The notes: a model not told the origin generated them from the letters alone. Positions 1 through 14,763 are shown, numbered from the stretch's first letter. The stretch is DNA of 64,000 bases from Chrysomallon squamiferum (GCA_012295275.1 CM022674.1:5084001-5148000); one strand, 5' to 3'. Program-made: numbers and translations.

Positions 1-58
1 ACTTCTGCACACAGGTTGCAGACTTTCTTTTGAGAGCCGCTGATCCTGAAAATCATGG
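1..58 (+). CDS. UBE4B: UBE4B/Ufd2 coding exon (5'-truncated by window edge)
   Basis: Reads FCTQVADFLLRAADPENHG, similar to the LLRILDP segment of UBE4B; donor GG|GTACTG, phase 2, joins the next exon in frame. Confidence 0.8.
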
Positions 59-371
59 GTACTGTTTTTTAAATACATTTGACATGTCAAGAATGTGACG
101 TTGATTGGAATTACAGTGTAAAATCTCACAGCATTTTAGTCTAAGATTCAGACCAACTGTTGTAAAACTGTTTTAAAAATCTTGTAAAATTTTGTGAACG
201 TTCTTTCTAATGGTGGTCAAACTCAGTATTTATTTTATTTATTTTATTTTATTTATTCTTAATTTTTTTTATTTTGTTATTATTATTTACCTTACTTCTT
301 TATTTTAATTAATTCTGTTAAGATCACCACAGGCAGTAATGATAATAAATGTATATATTTTTTTTAACCAG

Positions 372-470
372 CTCCAAGCTACCACTGCCAACCGAAATAC
401 CTATGCAATTTGCTGCTCTCCCGGAATTCTATGTGGAGGACATTGCCGATTTCTTACTGTTTGTTTTGCA
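372..470 (+). CDS. UBE4B: UBE4B/Ufd2 coding exon
   Basis: ttttaaccag acceptor; [32 protein letters not shown] matches the Ufd2 core motif [11 protein letters not shown]; donor CA|GTAAGT. Confidence 0.95.
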
Positions 471-948
471 GTAAGTGTTACCTTTTCACCTGTTCTTTGT
501 TGGCTCGTTTAAAATATTTTTTCCTGTGAACCAGTGTTAAGTGTGAACCAGTGTTAAGTGTGAAGGAATCTCCCACAGTTTCTGGTTAGCAGTTATTCTA
601 CATTCTGAGCTTGATTTATCTTTAGTTCTGAAAGATTTTTGAAAAGCTTGAATTGTTATGGTGGCTATCAGTTCACACAGTTCTTCTGTTAATTCAGATA
701 CTCTGTACTTTGATCATCCTAAACTGATTCATTTTTCTTTCATTTCTTTTGTTGCAGATAATACAGTTCCATTTATTTTATTCTTTCTTTCATTCAAATA
801 CATATAAATTAAACCAGGCATGATAAAGAACTAAAAATTCTATAGCTGATATCTATATCTATATCTATATATATATACACATACACACACACAGACACAT
901 ACACACACACAGACACATACACACACATCTGTATACATACATACAAAC

Positions 949-1023
<75 letters not shown>

Positions 1024-1285
1024 GATATATATGTTGTGTGTATGTGTGTGTAGATAAACAGATAGAGATTAATTAACCAATTATTTCTTCTAAAATTTAT
1101 ACACGTACCTCAAACAGTGAACCCAAGAATTAACAAACGTTTAATCTGATGTTAATAGTTCTGATGTTTACTTTCATATATATATATATATATATATATA
1201 AACACACACACACACTATACTAATAATGACAAATTATTTATTGATTTTTTTTTTCGTTTTTTATTTTCTCTCTCCCTTGTTCCAG

Positions 1286-1518
1286 ATACATACCTCAGAT
1301 CTTAGATGACCCTGGAACTAACAAAATTCTGCAGCTGTTAATAGTGATGATCTGCAGCTCGTACATCTTCAATCCATACCTGAATGCCAAACTCGTGGAG
1401 GTGATGTTTGTCTTGCAGCCAGCTGTCCAGCCAAAAGCTGAGAAACTCAACGAAGCTTTGCTCATGAATCCTTTAGCCATTGATTTTCTGGTCCCTGCCC
1501 TTATGCAGTTCTATACAG
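1286..1518 (+). CDS. UBE4B: UBE4B/Ufd2 coding exon
   Basis: tcccttgttccag acceptor; ...NPYLNAKLVEVMF...LVPALMQFYT; donor AG|GTTAGT. Confidence 0.95.
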
Positions 1519-2018
1519 GTTAGTGAGAGGGAGAGGGAGGGGGAGAGAGAGAGAGAGAGATTGAAAAAAGAATAATGAGGACAGAGAGAGAACAAAGATT
1601 AAGAATAAGTGATATAATTTGATACTGTATAATCACTGACATTATATCGTTTTATCATATACAGTTTGAAATAAAATGTGAAACTATGGAATATATACTA
1701 AGATTGTCAAAAAATTTGAAGGTATTTTGTCACTTATCTTAGAAGTAATGGGGGGGAGGAGAGAGAGAGAAAAAATAAAGGGATTGTGTGGGAGAGATTC
1801 TGAAACTGTTAATTATAACAATAAAATAAAATAAAATAAAATAACAGTTATAATGAAACAATCAAAACCAAAGAGAATAACAATATCAGAGAGAAAACAA
1901 GAAACTTAAGCATTTTGATTCTTGAACAATTTTTTTTTTATGATTCTGCTCAGAGATTTACAAGAGTATATATATCCCAGTAAATGAGTAAAAGTGTTTT
2001 TTTGTGTGTATTGAACAG

Positions 2019-2145
2019 AAATAGAAACAACAGGAGCCAGCAGTGAGTTTTATGACAAGTTCACCATCAGGTATCATCTCAGCATCATCTTCAAGACAAT
2101 GTGGACAATTCCTGCTCACCAAATGAAACTGATTTCTGAAGCAAA
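2019..2145 (+). CDS. UBE4B: UBE4B/Ufd2 coding exon
   Basis: IETTGASSEFYDKFTIRYHLSIIFKTMW hallmark motif; donor AA|GTGAGT. Confidence 0.95.
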
Positions 2146-2188
2146 GTGAGTTTTCTTAAAAATGAGTCACAAATATAATTAAATACAT

Positions 2189-2276
<88 letters not shown>

Positions 2277-2809
2277 ATGCTTGTTTCAAAAGACAAACAA
2301 ATGTATCTGAATATGTATTAATATAATTACTCTCAAAATAAAAATATAACAAAATTTCTAGAAAATTTTAATCTAGCATGTAAATAAATAAAAATAAATT
2401 ACTTTTAAAAAAAAAAAAAAATTTAAATGACATTTTTGTTTTATTCAATATAAATTTAAGTTTATTAATATAAATTTATGGAGCCTGTGATATTTGTTAC
2501 AGTGTTTTTTGTGTGTGTGGGGTTATTATCTTTTTAAAATTTATTATTCATTTTTAAATAATCTGAATGATTATATTTCAAGCACTCAGTTCAGGAACAA
2601 TCTTTACCATTGTGGATATGACACAGATTAAACTTGTTATTGTATTGGCAAGAACTAAACTAACAAATAGTAAGTTGCTATCACATCTAAAGCAACAAAA
2701 TAAAAAAAAAATTAAAAATAAACACCAGACGGAATAATGAAGAATTTTTTGAAAAAAATTTCTTCTGTTATCTTTGAATTACCAACAAGATCTGTAAATG
2801 TTTTCGCAG

Positions 2810-2954
2810 CAAAGGGAAACAGTTTGTGAAGTTTGTCAATATGTTGATGAATGATACAACATTTCTGCTGGATGAAAGTCTCGATTGTCTTAAACGAATT
2901 CACGAAGTTCAAGAAATGATGGACAACACAGTTCAATGGGAGGCACAGACCAAA
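2810..2954 (+). CDS. UBE4B: UBE4B/Ufd2 coding exon
   Basis: [34 protein letters not shown]; acceptor ttttcgcag, donor AAA|GTGAGT. Confidence 0.95.
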
Positions 2955-3454
2955 GTGAGTGTATTGTACCCTTAATTGTTTGTGTGTCTGGTTATATTTA
3001 GTTTTATCATTATAATTTTATTTTATTTATTTTTATTTTTTTTTTTTATTTTTTTTTATTTTTTTTATTATTTATTTATTTTACTTGCTTTCTTTCTTTC
3101 TTTCTTTCTTTCCTTCCTTTTTTTTTTATTTCATTGTTTATTTATTTTTTTATTTTTTTGTTTTATTATTCTTTTTTTTACGTTTCTACATCATAAAAAT
3201 ACCAGTAGACAAACCCAAAAAAACCATGCAGCTTTCACAAATCACACCAGATGTTTTACATTATTTTAATATTAGCATACATAAGTAAGAGTGAATATAG
3301 TGAATCTTTCCGTCTGTTTCCATCTTTATTTATTTATTTATTTATTTATATATTTATTTATTTGATATTTATTTATTTATTTATTTATTTATTTGATGTT
3401 TATTTATTTATTTATTTATTTTTATTTATTTATTTATTTATTTGATATTTATTT

Positions 3455-3485
<31 letters not shown>

Positions 3486-3621
3486 GTTTATTTATTTATT
3501 TATTTATTTGATATTTATTTATTTATTTACACATTTACTTCATTGTTATTTATTTTTATATTCATTCTTTTATTCATTCATTCATTCATTCATTTATTCA
3601 TTCATTCATTTATTCATTCAG

Positions 3622-3756
3622 GAACAACAGCAGTCGCGACAGCGGCAGCTAGCTATGGACGAACGTCAGTGTCGTTCCTACCTGACACTGGCCACAGAGA
3701 CTGTCGACATGTTCCAGTATCTGACAGAGAAAATACAGCGTCCTTTTCTCACGCCA
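3622..3756 (+). CDS. UBE4B: UBE4B/Ufd2 coding exon
   Basis: [45 protein letters not shown]; phase 0-0; donor GTAAGA. Confidence 0.95.
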
Positions 3757-3804
3757 GTAAGACTTTAATACTTGAATAACTTTATTATAACAGTTATAAA
3801 CCTC

Positions 3805-4055
3805 CAGCGTTTCCTAATAATAAAGTATGACAACCAGTTTAATGTTAGAATAAGTAAATTTTTTGTTTTAAAAGTGTTTCCTAATAATAAAGTATGACAA
3901 ACAGCAAACAGTTTAATGTTAGAATAAATAAATTTCCTAATAATAAAGTATGGCAAACAGTTTAATATCAGAATAAATAAATTTTATTTTAAAAAGTATA
4001 AACTTGTGGTGTTTCCTAATAATAAAGTATGGCAAAGAATAACCAGTTTAATATT
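3805..4055. repeat. Degenerate tandem repeat with core TTTCCTAATAATAAAGTATG (~4 copies); related copies at ~9273..9402
   Basis: The core followed by cagtttaat recurs in two UBE4B introns. Confidence 0.7.
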
Positions 4056-6401
4056 TAATATCTACAAAGAAATATTATAAAAATGGCATCTTGTAGATGT
4101 CTCCTTAGAGATGTTTAAATAATTTTCTGAGTCTTATTTGTCAATATATTAAAATATTTTAATAAATAAAAAAGCAATAACAGGTATTCTTCAGTTTGTC
4201 TAATATTAGGGAGTTCACTAAAAAATTCAAAATTACTCAATTACATTTGAAGCAGGACCTCAAAAGAAACAATTAGCACTTTGAATTTTTTGAACTGGAT
4301 ACATAGTTTATGAGCTGTGTCAAATCAAAGATGCTAAAATGCCCAGAAAAAGTGAGCCAGTAATTATGTTACATCTTGAAACAAATGTGGCACCAGAAAT
4401 AAAAATTTTTTGCTGTTCTTGTACATTTATGTTTCTAGTTTCAACAATTTATATCCAGTTTTAGTCAAATTTTGCATTCTATTAAAACAGACACTACGAA
4501 AGTCAACTATCAACATTTTATTATCCAATGTAATGACCTCAACCTTATTTAAATATAATATAGACCATCTCTCAGCAACATAAATAATTATGTATTGTAT
4601 AGAGTATAAAGTATACTAAATATTATCTCTGATTTTAATAATTAAAAATGTAACAATATAAAACCAGTAGACAAATGAATTGTTTCCAGCCCCTGTAAGT
4701 AAAGTGCAATTATCAACCCAACACCCCTAAAAAATATGGAATAAATTTGCCAGCCACTTTGAAAGAGCAACAGAGTGTTCCATTATAGTATGTAAGGGGG
4801 TTAATATTTTTATAAATTACACCAAAATTTTATTAAATATCAAAAAATTATTTATACATAAAATAAATAGCATTAAACAAAATTAGATTTTGCATTTGTA
4901 AACCATCAGTTATTACATAATGGCATTTAATCATTGTCTGAATTATACAAGTTATTTTCACCACTGCAGATGAAAAATCTGCCATTTTAATATTTTTTCA
5001 CCGTGTGTTCATTATATCGATTCAAATACTTTGCAAGTACTGTTTCAGCTCAACATTATTTTGATCTAGATCTAATATACACTTGTTCAGAAGATATTTT
5101 TTTACATAACAGGAATAGTGATATCATTTTAATTACATTTTATTCTAGGAAAATTTTGTTTTTTCTTTCTTCGAGTGATTTCAGGTTAAAAATAACACTG
5201 ATCTTATTTTTGCTATGATCACGGAATGCAGACAGTATTTTCCTTCAAAACGAATGCTCATTGGTTTATTTCTATGGATGGGCTGAAGGCATAATCATTT
5301 GTTGAAGTGAACGATTTCTTGGCCAAAAAAAAAAAGAAAAAAAAAGAATGCTTGTGTCGATTAACTCACTGTTTTATTTGTTTTATACATCTAAAACACA
5401 GTATTAATAACACAACACAATTACGGTATTATATTTTAATGACAATTTAACAACACTTTTGTTCATTTCTGTAAATAATATTAAAGCTCAGTATGTACAA
5501 TTTGAATTGAAAATGGTGAGCTGTTATTGGTTAAAACAAATGGAATTCGCGCAATGTCATCTGGGTTTAGCGAACTCCATGATAATGCTAACTGACAGCG
5601 CATCTCCAGGCAATCGAAAACATATATCTTTTCATATAACTGCTCAAAACAAATTAAATAAATGCTAAATATAAAATAAATGATTAAATGAAGTATCTTA
5701 GTGTAAATGGTGAATGCATGCCTATCAGCACCAGCTGCTTCAGTGAAATGAAATTATAAATTTAAAAAATATAAAATGTTAATTAAAAAAAAATTCTATT
5801 TTTGTCTTTTCTAAACAAGATTATACACCATTAGTGTCAATCATTTTTTGCATACACATGCACACACACACACACACATACACACACATTTACATGTATA
5901 TAGAAAGAGAGAATTGACATTTAAAGAAAACAATGTTTGACAGACAGACAGACAATCGGATAAATTAACAGACAAATGTATCTTAATATTTATTACTGTA
6001 ATTATATTTGCATTAATAGGAAACTCTAGAAAATTTTGATCTATCATATTAATAATAATTAAATAAATTTATTTACTTATATAATCATTTTGTTTACTTA
6101 TTTATTTTTTTGTATTTTTGTTTTTGTATTTATCATTGAGTCATTTTATTTTTTAATAAATTAATTAATTAATTTATTTATTTATTTACTTATTTATTCA
6201 TTTTTTTATTTTTTTATTCATCATTGAGTCATTTTATTTTTTAATTAATTAATTAATTTATTTATTCAGTTCTTTCTTTCTTTCTTTATTTATTTTTGTA
6301 TTTATCATTGAGTCTTTTTATTTTTTAATTAATAAATTTATTTATTTACTTTCTTATTCATTATCACTGTATTGTACTGAAACATTTTGAACAACTTTCA
6401 G

Positions 6402-6593
6402 GAACTTGCCACTCGTCTAGCGGCCATGTTGAACTTCAATCTGCAGCAGCTCTGTGGCTCGAAGTGTAAAAACCTCAAAGTTAAGAACCCAGAGAAGTAT
6501 GGGTGGGAACCCCGCAAACTGCTAAACAGTCTCACAGATATTTATCTTCATTTGCACTGTGACGATTTCGCTATGGCCATTGCCAGCGATGAG
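6402..6593 (+). CDS. UBE4B: UBE4B/Ufd2 coding exon
   Basis: [41 protein letters not shown]...AIASDE; donor GAG|GTAACA. Confidence 0.95.
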
Positions 6594-7229
6594 GTAACAG
6601 TGCACAAGAATTATGTTATGTGATGATGTCTGTGTTCAGTTTGCATTGATTTTCATAAAGCACCTAGTTAGATGTAATTGAAGATTCAGAAACTGTTTGT
6701 CTGTTGTTTGTTTTTTATTTATTTATTTATTTATTGTTTGTTTGTTTGTTACTTGTTTATTTATTTATTTATTTTGTTTGTTGATTTATTGATTGATTGG
6801 TTTGTTTGTTTATTCATTCATTTGTTATTTGTTTATTTATTTATTTATTGTTTTATTGTTTGTTTGTTACTTATTTATTTATTATTTTGTTATTTATTTA
6901 CTTGTTTGTTGTTTGTTTGTTTTTATTATTCTGTTATTTATTAACTTGTTTGTTGATTTATTGATTGATTGGTTTAATTGTTTATTCATTTTTATTTATT
7001 TATTTATTTATTTATTTATTACTTGTTTTACTTGTTTTACATATTTATTAACTTATTTACTTATCATTTATATAAACACAAACACACACACACACTCACA
7101 AACACACACACACACTCACAAACACACAATCAGACACACACACACACACACACACAGACAATCAGACACACACACACACACATATATATATACATTTACT
7201 TATTTAGTTATCATTTGTCCAATTTCCAG

Positions 7230-7404
7230 CGATCGTACAAAAAGGATTTGTTCGATGATGCTTTGTCTCGTATGACGAAGGCTCGCATCAAAACTGAGTC
7301 AGAGATTCTGCAGTTTGTGGCCCTGCAGAACCAGGTGGAGAAAATAGTTAAGCAGAGAAATCAAGCTGAGCTGGACTATGGTGACATCCCAGACGATTTT
7401 AAAG
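7230..7404 (+). CDS. UBE4B: UBE4B/Ufd2 coding exon
   Basis: RSYKKDLF...AELDYGDIPDDFK; acceptor aatttccag, donor AAG|GTAACA. Confidence 0.95.
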
Positions 7405-8459
7405 GTAACAGAAAGTGAAAACCTGGCACCATTGGGGTGCTAGAAGACATCAAATGTAGGCACTGTGTTTCGTTGGGGAAAAAAAAAAAAGCAGTAAATT
7501 AAAGTTTAAGATATAGAGGGAATTAGTATTGTATATATAAAAAAATATATAAAAATTGTTTTAATAATCTCCTGAAACACACATATATTTTCAAAGAAAG
7601 TAGCAAATTTTAAAAATTTTAAAACAATAAATAAATAGGTATTTTGTATTGTAATGAAAAAAAAAATAATTAAAAATTAAAAAATTAAAAATTAAAAAAA
7701 GGAGGTATTTTGTATTGTAATGAAAAAAAAAATAAGAATACAAAATTAAAAAAAAAAAGAAAGAAAAAGAAATGTCACCATAAAACAACATGATCACTCT
7801 TATAAACACATTTTCAGTTTATATTATCTAAATATTGTTGGGTTTTTTTAAACGAAAAAAAAATAAAGCTAAGAACCTTTTTGAAATAAAAAGTATTAAA
7901 TTCATATTTAAAGCATCCTTCCAAGTTATTATGTTATTGTTTTAGATGACATAATTATCATTCAGTATGAGAGTAAAATAAAATTGTTATAAATTATTAG
8001 AAATTCTGCCATTTTATCCCTTATCAATTATATCAAACCTTCTGTGTCAGATAGCTAACTTGTTTTATTCTAACAGAATTAGAAAAATCTTTAAAGTGAT
8101 GTGACAGGTCTGTATACACTGATGTCGCAGCCACAGAAAAATGGTGACACACTGACATTTTAAAACTGTGAACTCTTTTGTCACTGTACTTTGTTATTAA
8201 TTAAAACTGTATGAAAAGTAAAACAACCAAAAAGAACAAAATAACAATAACAACAAATAAAATACAGCATGGGACGTTTTTGCAGAAACCATTTTCCACT
8301 GTTTCTTTCTATTAGTAACGGTTACGCTTTAAGACATCTCATAGGTTACATACATTATTTTGCATTTCGTGGGGATTACTTAATTAATGGAACGAATCTT
8401 GAGTTAAACAAAACAAATAAACAAATAAAAGAATGATAATTAGAATAATTACTTTGGTC

Positions 8460-8625
8460 TGCAAGTCTGGTGGGTTTCAGGATCAGTCCTGCTCGGATTG
8501 CCTGCCAGAGGATTTTTTTTCCCTCTCTACCTTTCTTTGTTAAAGGTTGCAGCAAGTGTTTTTTCTGTCTATGGGAGAGTAATATAAAAAAACATCCTTT
8601 GCTGCTAATTGGTAAGAGTAAACTA
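8460..8625 (+). mobile_element. Degenerate SINE-like interspersed repeat fragment (related pieces near 12170..12345, 12720..12830, 14425..14500)
   Basis: CTGTCTATGGGAG...TTGC(T/A)GCTAA is shared between ~8566 and ~14441. Resemblance to a molluscan tRNA-derived SINE core is from memory, not from a search. Confidence 0.35.
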
Positions 8626-8728
8626 TTTTCTTTGATGTCTAGAGTCACTGTTAATTCAAGTTTCCATTTAAAAAAAAAAAAAAAGGGGGGGTTTAATTTT
8701 ATTTCAATTTTAATTTTTATTGATTCAG

Positions 8729-8878
8729 ATGCTCTTATGTACACATTAATGGAAGACCCAGTTTTGCTGCCACCTAGTGGCCAAATCATGGATCGACCAA
8801 TCATCATGCGACATCTGTTGAACTCTCAGACTGATCCATTCAACAGGCAGCCCTTGAAAGAAGAGGAGTTAGTTCCAG
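8729..8878 (+). CDS. UBE4B: UBE4B/Ufd2 U-box exon
   Basis: [50 protein letters not shown] is a U-box domain; phase 1-1. Confidence 0.95.
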
Positions 8879-9475
8879 GTTTGTAGGAGCAGTTTCGTAT
8901 TTTCAGGTTTAAAATGTGTTTTTTTTTATTTTTTTATTTTCAGGTTTTAATCAGGTGTTTTGCATTTCCAGATTTTGAGCAGTGGTTTTGTATAAACAGC
9001 TTTTAAGCAGCCATTTTGTATTTCTAGGTTTTAAACAGTTTATTTTGTTTTATTTTATTTTGTTTCGTTTTGTTTTGTTTTGTTTTATTTTGTTTTATTA
9101 TTTTATTTTATTTTATTATTTTATTTTATTTTATTTTATTTTGTTATTTCATTATTTTATATTGTTTTATTATTTTATTATTTTATCATAATTTTAGAGG
9201 AATAATGTCCTATCATTGTTATCGCTCGCTCTTGGTCAAAACAAAACATCTTAACATGCTATATCTCTTTTGTTAATAATAAAATACGGCAAACAGTGAC
9301 CAGTTTAATATTTGAATAACTAAATTTTATTTTTAATAATATAAACTTCCAACTTTTCCTAATAATAAAGTATGGCAAATGATAAGCATTTAATATCAGA
9401 ATGCACCATGATAAGAATTTTTTTTGTAGAATGGCGGTGTTTATTCATTCCTGGTTGTTAATTCACTTCCTTTTA

Positions 9476-9513
<38 letters not shown>

Positions 9514-10781
9514 ATTTTCAAACATGCAGGTGTGTTTTGTAACTAAGCGGAATTTGTTGTTGTGAACTTCATTATTTTGTCCAGAGTCAACAGCTGGCTT
9601 CCATATCACAACTAAGAATTGTAACGTGTACGGAATTCAGAATTCTCTGTTGCAGTTGTTGTTGTAACGAAAGTATACAAAAACAAATATCAAAATAGAA
9701 AATAAAACAAGTAGAATAAGCAGATGTAATGTAAAAGAAAGTTAAACAGTTATGTTTGAGTTGTTGTAATGAAATATATACGAAAATAAATACTAAAACA
9801 GAAAAACAACAACAAATAGAAAAAGCAGTTGTAATGTAATAGGAATTCAAACTTCTGTGTCATAGTTGTTGTTGTAATGAAATTATACAAAAATAAATAC
9901 TTAGATAGAAAAAAAACCCAAATAGAATAACATTACAACTACCAATTTAGCTGAAACCTAGTTGCTGTTGTGTACACAGATACATGGTAAATATTGTATA
10001 ATACATCCATACACATACAACTTTAAAAAAAAAATTATTTTATTGCATAAAATAAAATTTATATGCCCAGACAATCCAAAAACTACAAGGTATTAAAGGT
10101 TTCTGTTAAGCTGAAACAGTTTTGGAATTCAGAGTTTTTCAGATTCCAAAATTTCATATGAAAGATCCTTAATCTGTATCTTAGACTTTTATCATAGTTC
10201 AAATTTTTCCTTTTTTTTTTTCTTTCTTATATTTCCTATTCTTTTTTTTTTTTTTTTTTTTTTTTTTTCCATGTTAGATAACTTTAGCCCATCTCAGTAG
10301 TCAAAAAGTTTAGATTATATACTACATTACATCAGTCAGATTATATACTGCATTACATCAGTCTAATATCAGTTTACCTTACAACATAACATGTTAAATC
10401 ACTCAAATAGTTTCAGTCCTGCTTGTTTAGATTAAGGTAAAATTGCAAAAAGCAGAATGACACAAAATATAAAATTTCCAGTAATTTCAATTTCTTGGAT
10501 CAATGAATTAATTTTCACAGTAATAGGAATGTGCAACCAGTTTTATATGTAGCTTCTTTTTTTAAAAAAATTTTTAGCAACTTATATATCGATATTAACC
10601 TATATGTCTATATGCCTGCACACATGTAAAGTATATATTTTGTTTTATACAGTATGCATGTCTTTCAGTATTTACAGGGCACTTTTAAAATTAAAAAAAA
10701 AAAGATTTTAAAATATTTATTTTATTTATAACATTATTATTTCTTTTCGCATTCTTAACAAGAATTTCCTTTCTTTTGCAG

Positions 10782-10837
10782 TAACTGAACTGAAAGAACG
10801 AATTGAAGCTTGGAAAAAAAGCAAACAAAGGCCATGA
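10782..10837 (+). CDS. UBE4B: UBE4B/Ufd2 terminal coding exon
   Basis: Acceptor tttcctttcttttgcag; VTELKERIEAWKKSKQRP then TGA, similar to the ELKEQIQAW C-terminus of UBE4B. Confidence 0.9.
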
Positions 10838-11200
10838 TTTGTAAAGTGAATGTTACGATAAAGTGTTCCAAACTGTGAAAAATAAGGCATTTATAATGAT
10901 TTTTCATGTTTACACATTTTATTTTTAACCAACTTTCTTCCTGTCTGTATCTTTTCTTTCCTCCTTTTTATTTATTTATTTCTTTTAAAATTAAACATTT
11001 GTTTTTATCATTATTTATTTATTTATTTTTATTACAGTATATTGAAATAATGTGTTCTATTATTATTATTATTATTATTATTTTAATTATTACTTATGGC
11101 ATTAATATCATCATCATTATCATCAGCAATGAAAGAAATAATTAACCACAACATAGTTAATCCACAAAGTGGGAGTAAAATTTTTATTTTTTTTTATAAT

Positions 11201-11253
<53 letters not shown>

Positions 11254-11725
11254 CTTTAAATTTTTTCCTTCCTTTAATTATTTTTTCTTGAGACTGGGGA
11301 GTGGATTAAGTGACTATAGAATTTAAATTTCATTAACTGGTATGAACTGTAGATTTTTCAGAGCTGTGACTGCCAATGCACTGTTTTGATTTTCCTGTCC
11401 TTCCAATGTTTATAACAATTATTTTGTTCAGTCTGAAGTGGTTTTTGATTTTTAGTTTATTTATTTTATTTGTTATTATTTTTTTTCATAATTTCTGAGG
11501 ATGAAATAAATGTGTGTGCATATTATGTATTTTTATTTATTTTGATGTTTTATTTTTCAGTGATTATATTATATGTATCTTAATTATTATTATTATTATT
11601 GTGTTTTTGTAACAAGTATTATTTATTATGATGGTTTATTTTTCAGTGTATATTATATATTTTTTATTATTATTATTATTATTATTATTTATTTTTGTTT
11701 TTTAATTTTTCTATTATTATTATTA

Positions 11726-11760
<35 letters not shown>

Positions 11761-12924
11761 CATTATTATTATAACTACTATCTGAAATTAATAAAAAATA
11801 TATAAAAATGGGTTTCATTTTATATTTTTTTACTTTGAAAAAGAAAATACAGAACTAATCATGAATTACTGAAAGAAAAAACACAGGAGAGAGAGAGAGA
11901 GAGAAAAAAAAAAAAAAAAAGAAAAGAAAATAATTTTTAACCTGAACATAAATAAACAAATTGGATATTCATTCCAATATTTTAATTTTATTTATTTATT
12001 TATTTATTCTAATGTGCACTTGTTTGTTGTTTTTTTGGATGTAATAAAATATTTGCCCAGTTTGTAAAGAAATTAAGACTTACAAAAGTTCATTAGCTTC
12101 TGAAAGTTAATATAAAATTATCTTTGTACGTAATTTGAAAAATCCATTCCTGTTGTGATTTTAACATTAGGTCACTCCTGGTTGGTGGTCTGTTTGTCTT
12201 TTGCCAGTTCTAGCCAGTGCTCTGTGATTTTTCATCAAAAACTGTGGTACATTGATGGGAACATGTCTAAACAATATCAAATAGATGATGACAGAAAATT
12301 AGTCTGTGTGTTCTAGCAGTGGTGTTTAAATATTAAGTAAAACATCAACAAGTTTTTTAATGACACAGTAAATAAAGTGATATAATTAAAAAATTTATGA
12401 TTTAAAGAATATTATACTGAACATAATTTCTTTGAAATCACACACACACGCACACACCACACACACACAGTCACACACACACACACACACACAGTCACAT
12501 GTATGTTTGATAATAAAAAGATTGGATTAGCCTAAATGATTAGCAAGTCACTGGTAAAAATATTCTACCTGTTAAGAGACACCACAATTTTTACTTTTTA
12601 TTATTATTTTTATTTTTTATTTATTATTATTATTATTTTTTTTTTGTAACGTTTCTTCAAAAAAATTGTAATTACAAAATCATACAAATTTAACAGTTGT
12701 AATAAAGCGAGCTTACATAAGTGATGGTTTCTAGGATCAGTTCTCTTTAGGGTTAATAATGGAAAGTGTCCTGTTCCAAACAGTGTCTCATAAATGATTT
12801 ATCAAATGCTGTGCTGTGTGTTTTCACAAGAGAATAATAATAATAATAATAATTTAATAAAAAGTATTTCCTGCCTGTAGAAGAAATCAACCTGAGAAGT
12901 TTTAATTTAGATTAGAGCAGAGTC

Positions 12925-13493
12925 ACTGAATCATTTCTCAGTGAAGTACTGGATCATTTCTCAGTGAAGTACTGAATCATTTCACTGAAGTACTGGATCA
13001 TTTCTCAGTGAAGTACTGGATCATCTCACTGAAGTACTGAATCATTTCTCAGTGAAGTACTGAATCATCTCACTGAAGTACTGAATCATTTCTCAGTGAA
13101 GTACTGAATCATTTCACTGAAGTACTGGATCATTTCTCAGTGAAGTACTGAATCATTTCTCACTGAAGTACTGGATCATCTCACTGAAGTACTGAATCAT
13201 TTCTCAGTGAAGTACTGGATCATCTCACTGAAGTACTGAATCATTTCTCAGTGAAGTACTGGATCATCTCACTGAAGTACTGAATCATTTCTCAGTGAAG
13301 TACTGAATCATTTCACTGAAGTACTGGATCATTTCTCAGTGAAGTACTGGATCATTTCTCAGTGAAGTACTGGATCATTCTGAAGTACTGAATCATTTCT
13401 CAGTGAAGTTTACTGAATCATTTCACTGAAGTACTGAATCATTTCAGCAAATTTCTCACTGAAGTACTGAATCATTTCTCACTGAAGTACTGA
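12925..13493. repeat. 21/23-bp minisatellite (ACTGAATCATTTCTCAGTGAAGT / ACTGGATCATCTCACTGAAGT), about 25 units
   Basis: Directly visible head-to-tail units without spacers. Confidence 0.95.
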
Positions 13494-14730
13494 TTCAGCT
13501 GTTTACTGATGCAAACAGCAAATCATGACTGGGTGCAACAGAGGTGTTTTTAAAAAAATAAAAATAAAAAATAAAATAAAAAAATACTGTGATATAGATT
13601 TGTAATAATAGACCATATTATTGCAAAATGAGTTATCTGACATTGTCATCAAAACCAATGATGTGTTGGCAGCAGATAGGAGTTAGCATGTTAATGTTAC
13701 TAAACCTTCAAACATTGAAAATTAGCAGATACATTTCATATATATATACTGAAAGTGTGTACACACACCTGTATTTATGATCATGCACGGTAATGTAGTC
13801 CAGCCCATCCTATTTATTTTTTTATTATTTTATCAGAATTTTGACATTTACATCCAAGTGGGCATTGTTTTTTCCTTGTTTATTACTTCCATTATGTGCC
13901 AATGAACAGTAAAATATCATTTTGATTCACTGTATTTTATTATACATACATATAAATGGAAATTAAATCTAGTTAATTTGACATCTAATAAATTGATCAG
14001 TGATTATGGGCTATTTTATAAACGTCCTTTTGTTATTGTTAGGTTTCTGACAAATATATGTGTGTAAGCACACACATGCGCGCACACACATACATACACA
14101 CATACACTCTGTAGGTTAATAATTCTGTAGACCTTACTGTACCACAATAATCACAGTGCAACTATATCTTAAAACATAATTTTATAATTTTATAACTGGA
14201 AGTCAAATAGATTTAGTAAAAATAAAATGACTTGGGTAATTCTCTCTTCTAAATTATTAAAGCTTAATGTTGCAACTTCAGGAAAAAATGAGTAGGTTGT
14301 AGGTTCAAATAACAGGTCACATGACTTTCAGGAAGAGGTGGGTAGGTTGAAGGTTGAAATAAAAGGTCACATGATCAATGTTGCTCTCTGAATCATCATT
14401 TCCCTGCTCAACGAGTTAATGGTTTATCAGAGGTATTTTCCTGTCTATGGGAGGGTGCTGGACAAAAGCCATTGCAGCTAAGTGATGAAGAATAATGAAC
14501 TTCTCACTACAGCATTACGTACTGGATGTTTAATCACTGCCACAGATGAAAAGAAATTGATTGTTCCATTAAATTAATCTTTTTTCTCCCTTTCTTTTAA
14601 AGAGAAGTGTTCACTGCTTTGTAGAGACTGCTATTACAGAACTTTTTGACATCAGTTCACTGTTAGTATCTATAGAATAAGATTGGTGTCATTTTGAAAA
14701 CATCACAATGGAACTTGAATGCTTATTTGC

Positions 14731-14763
<33 letters not shown>

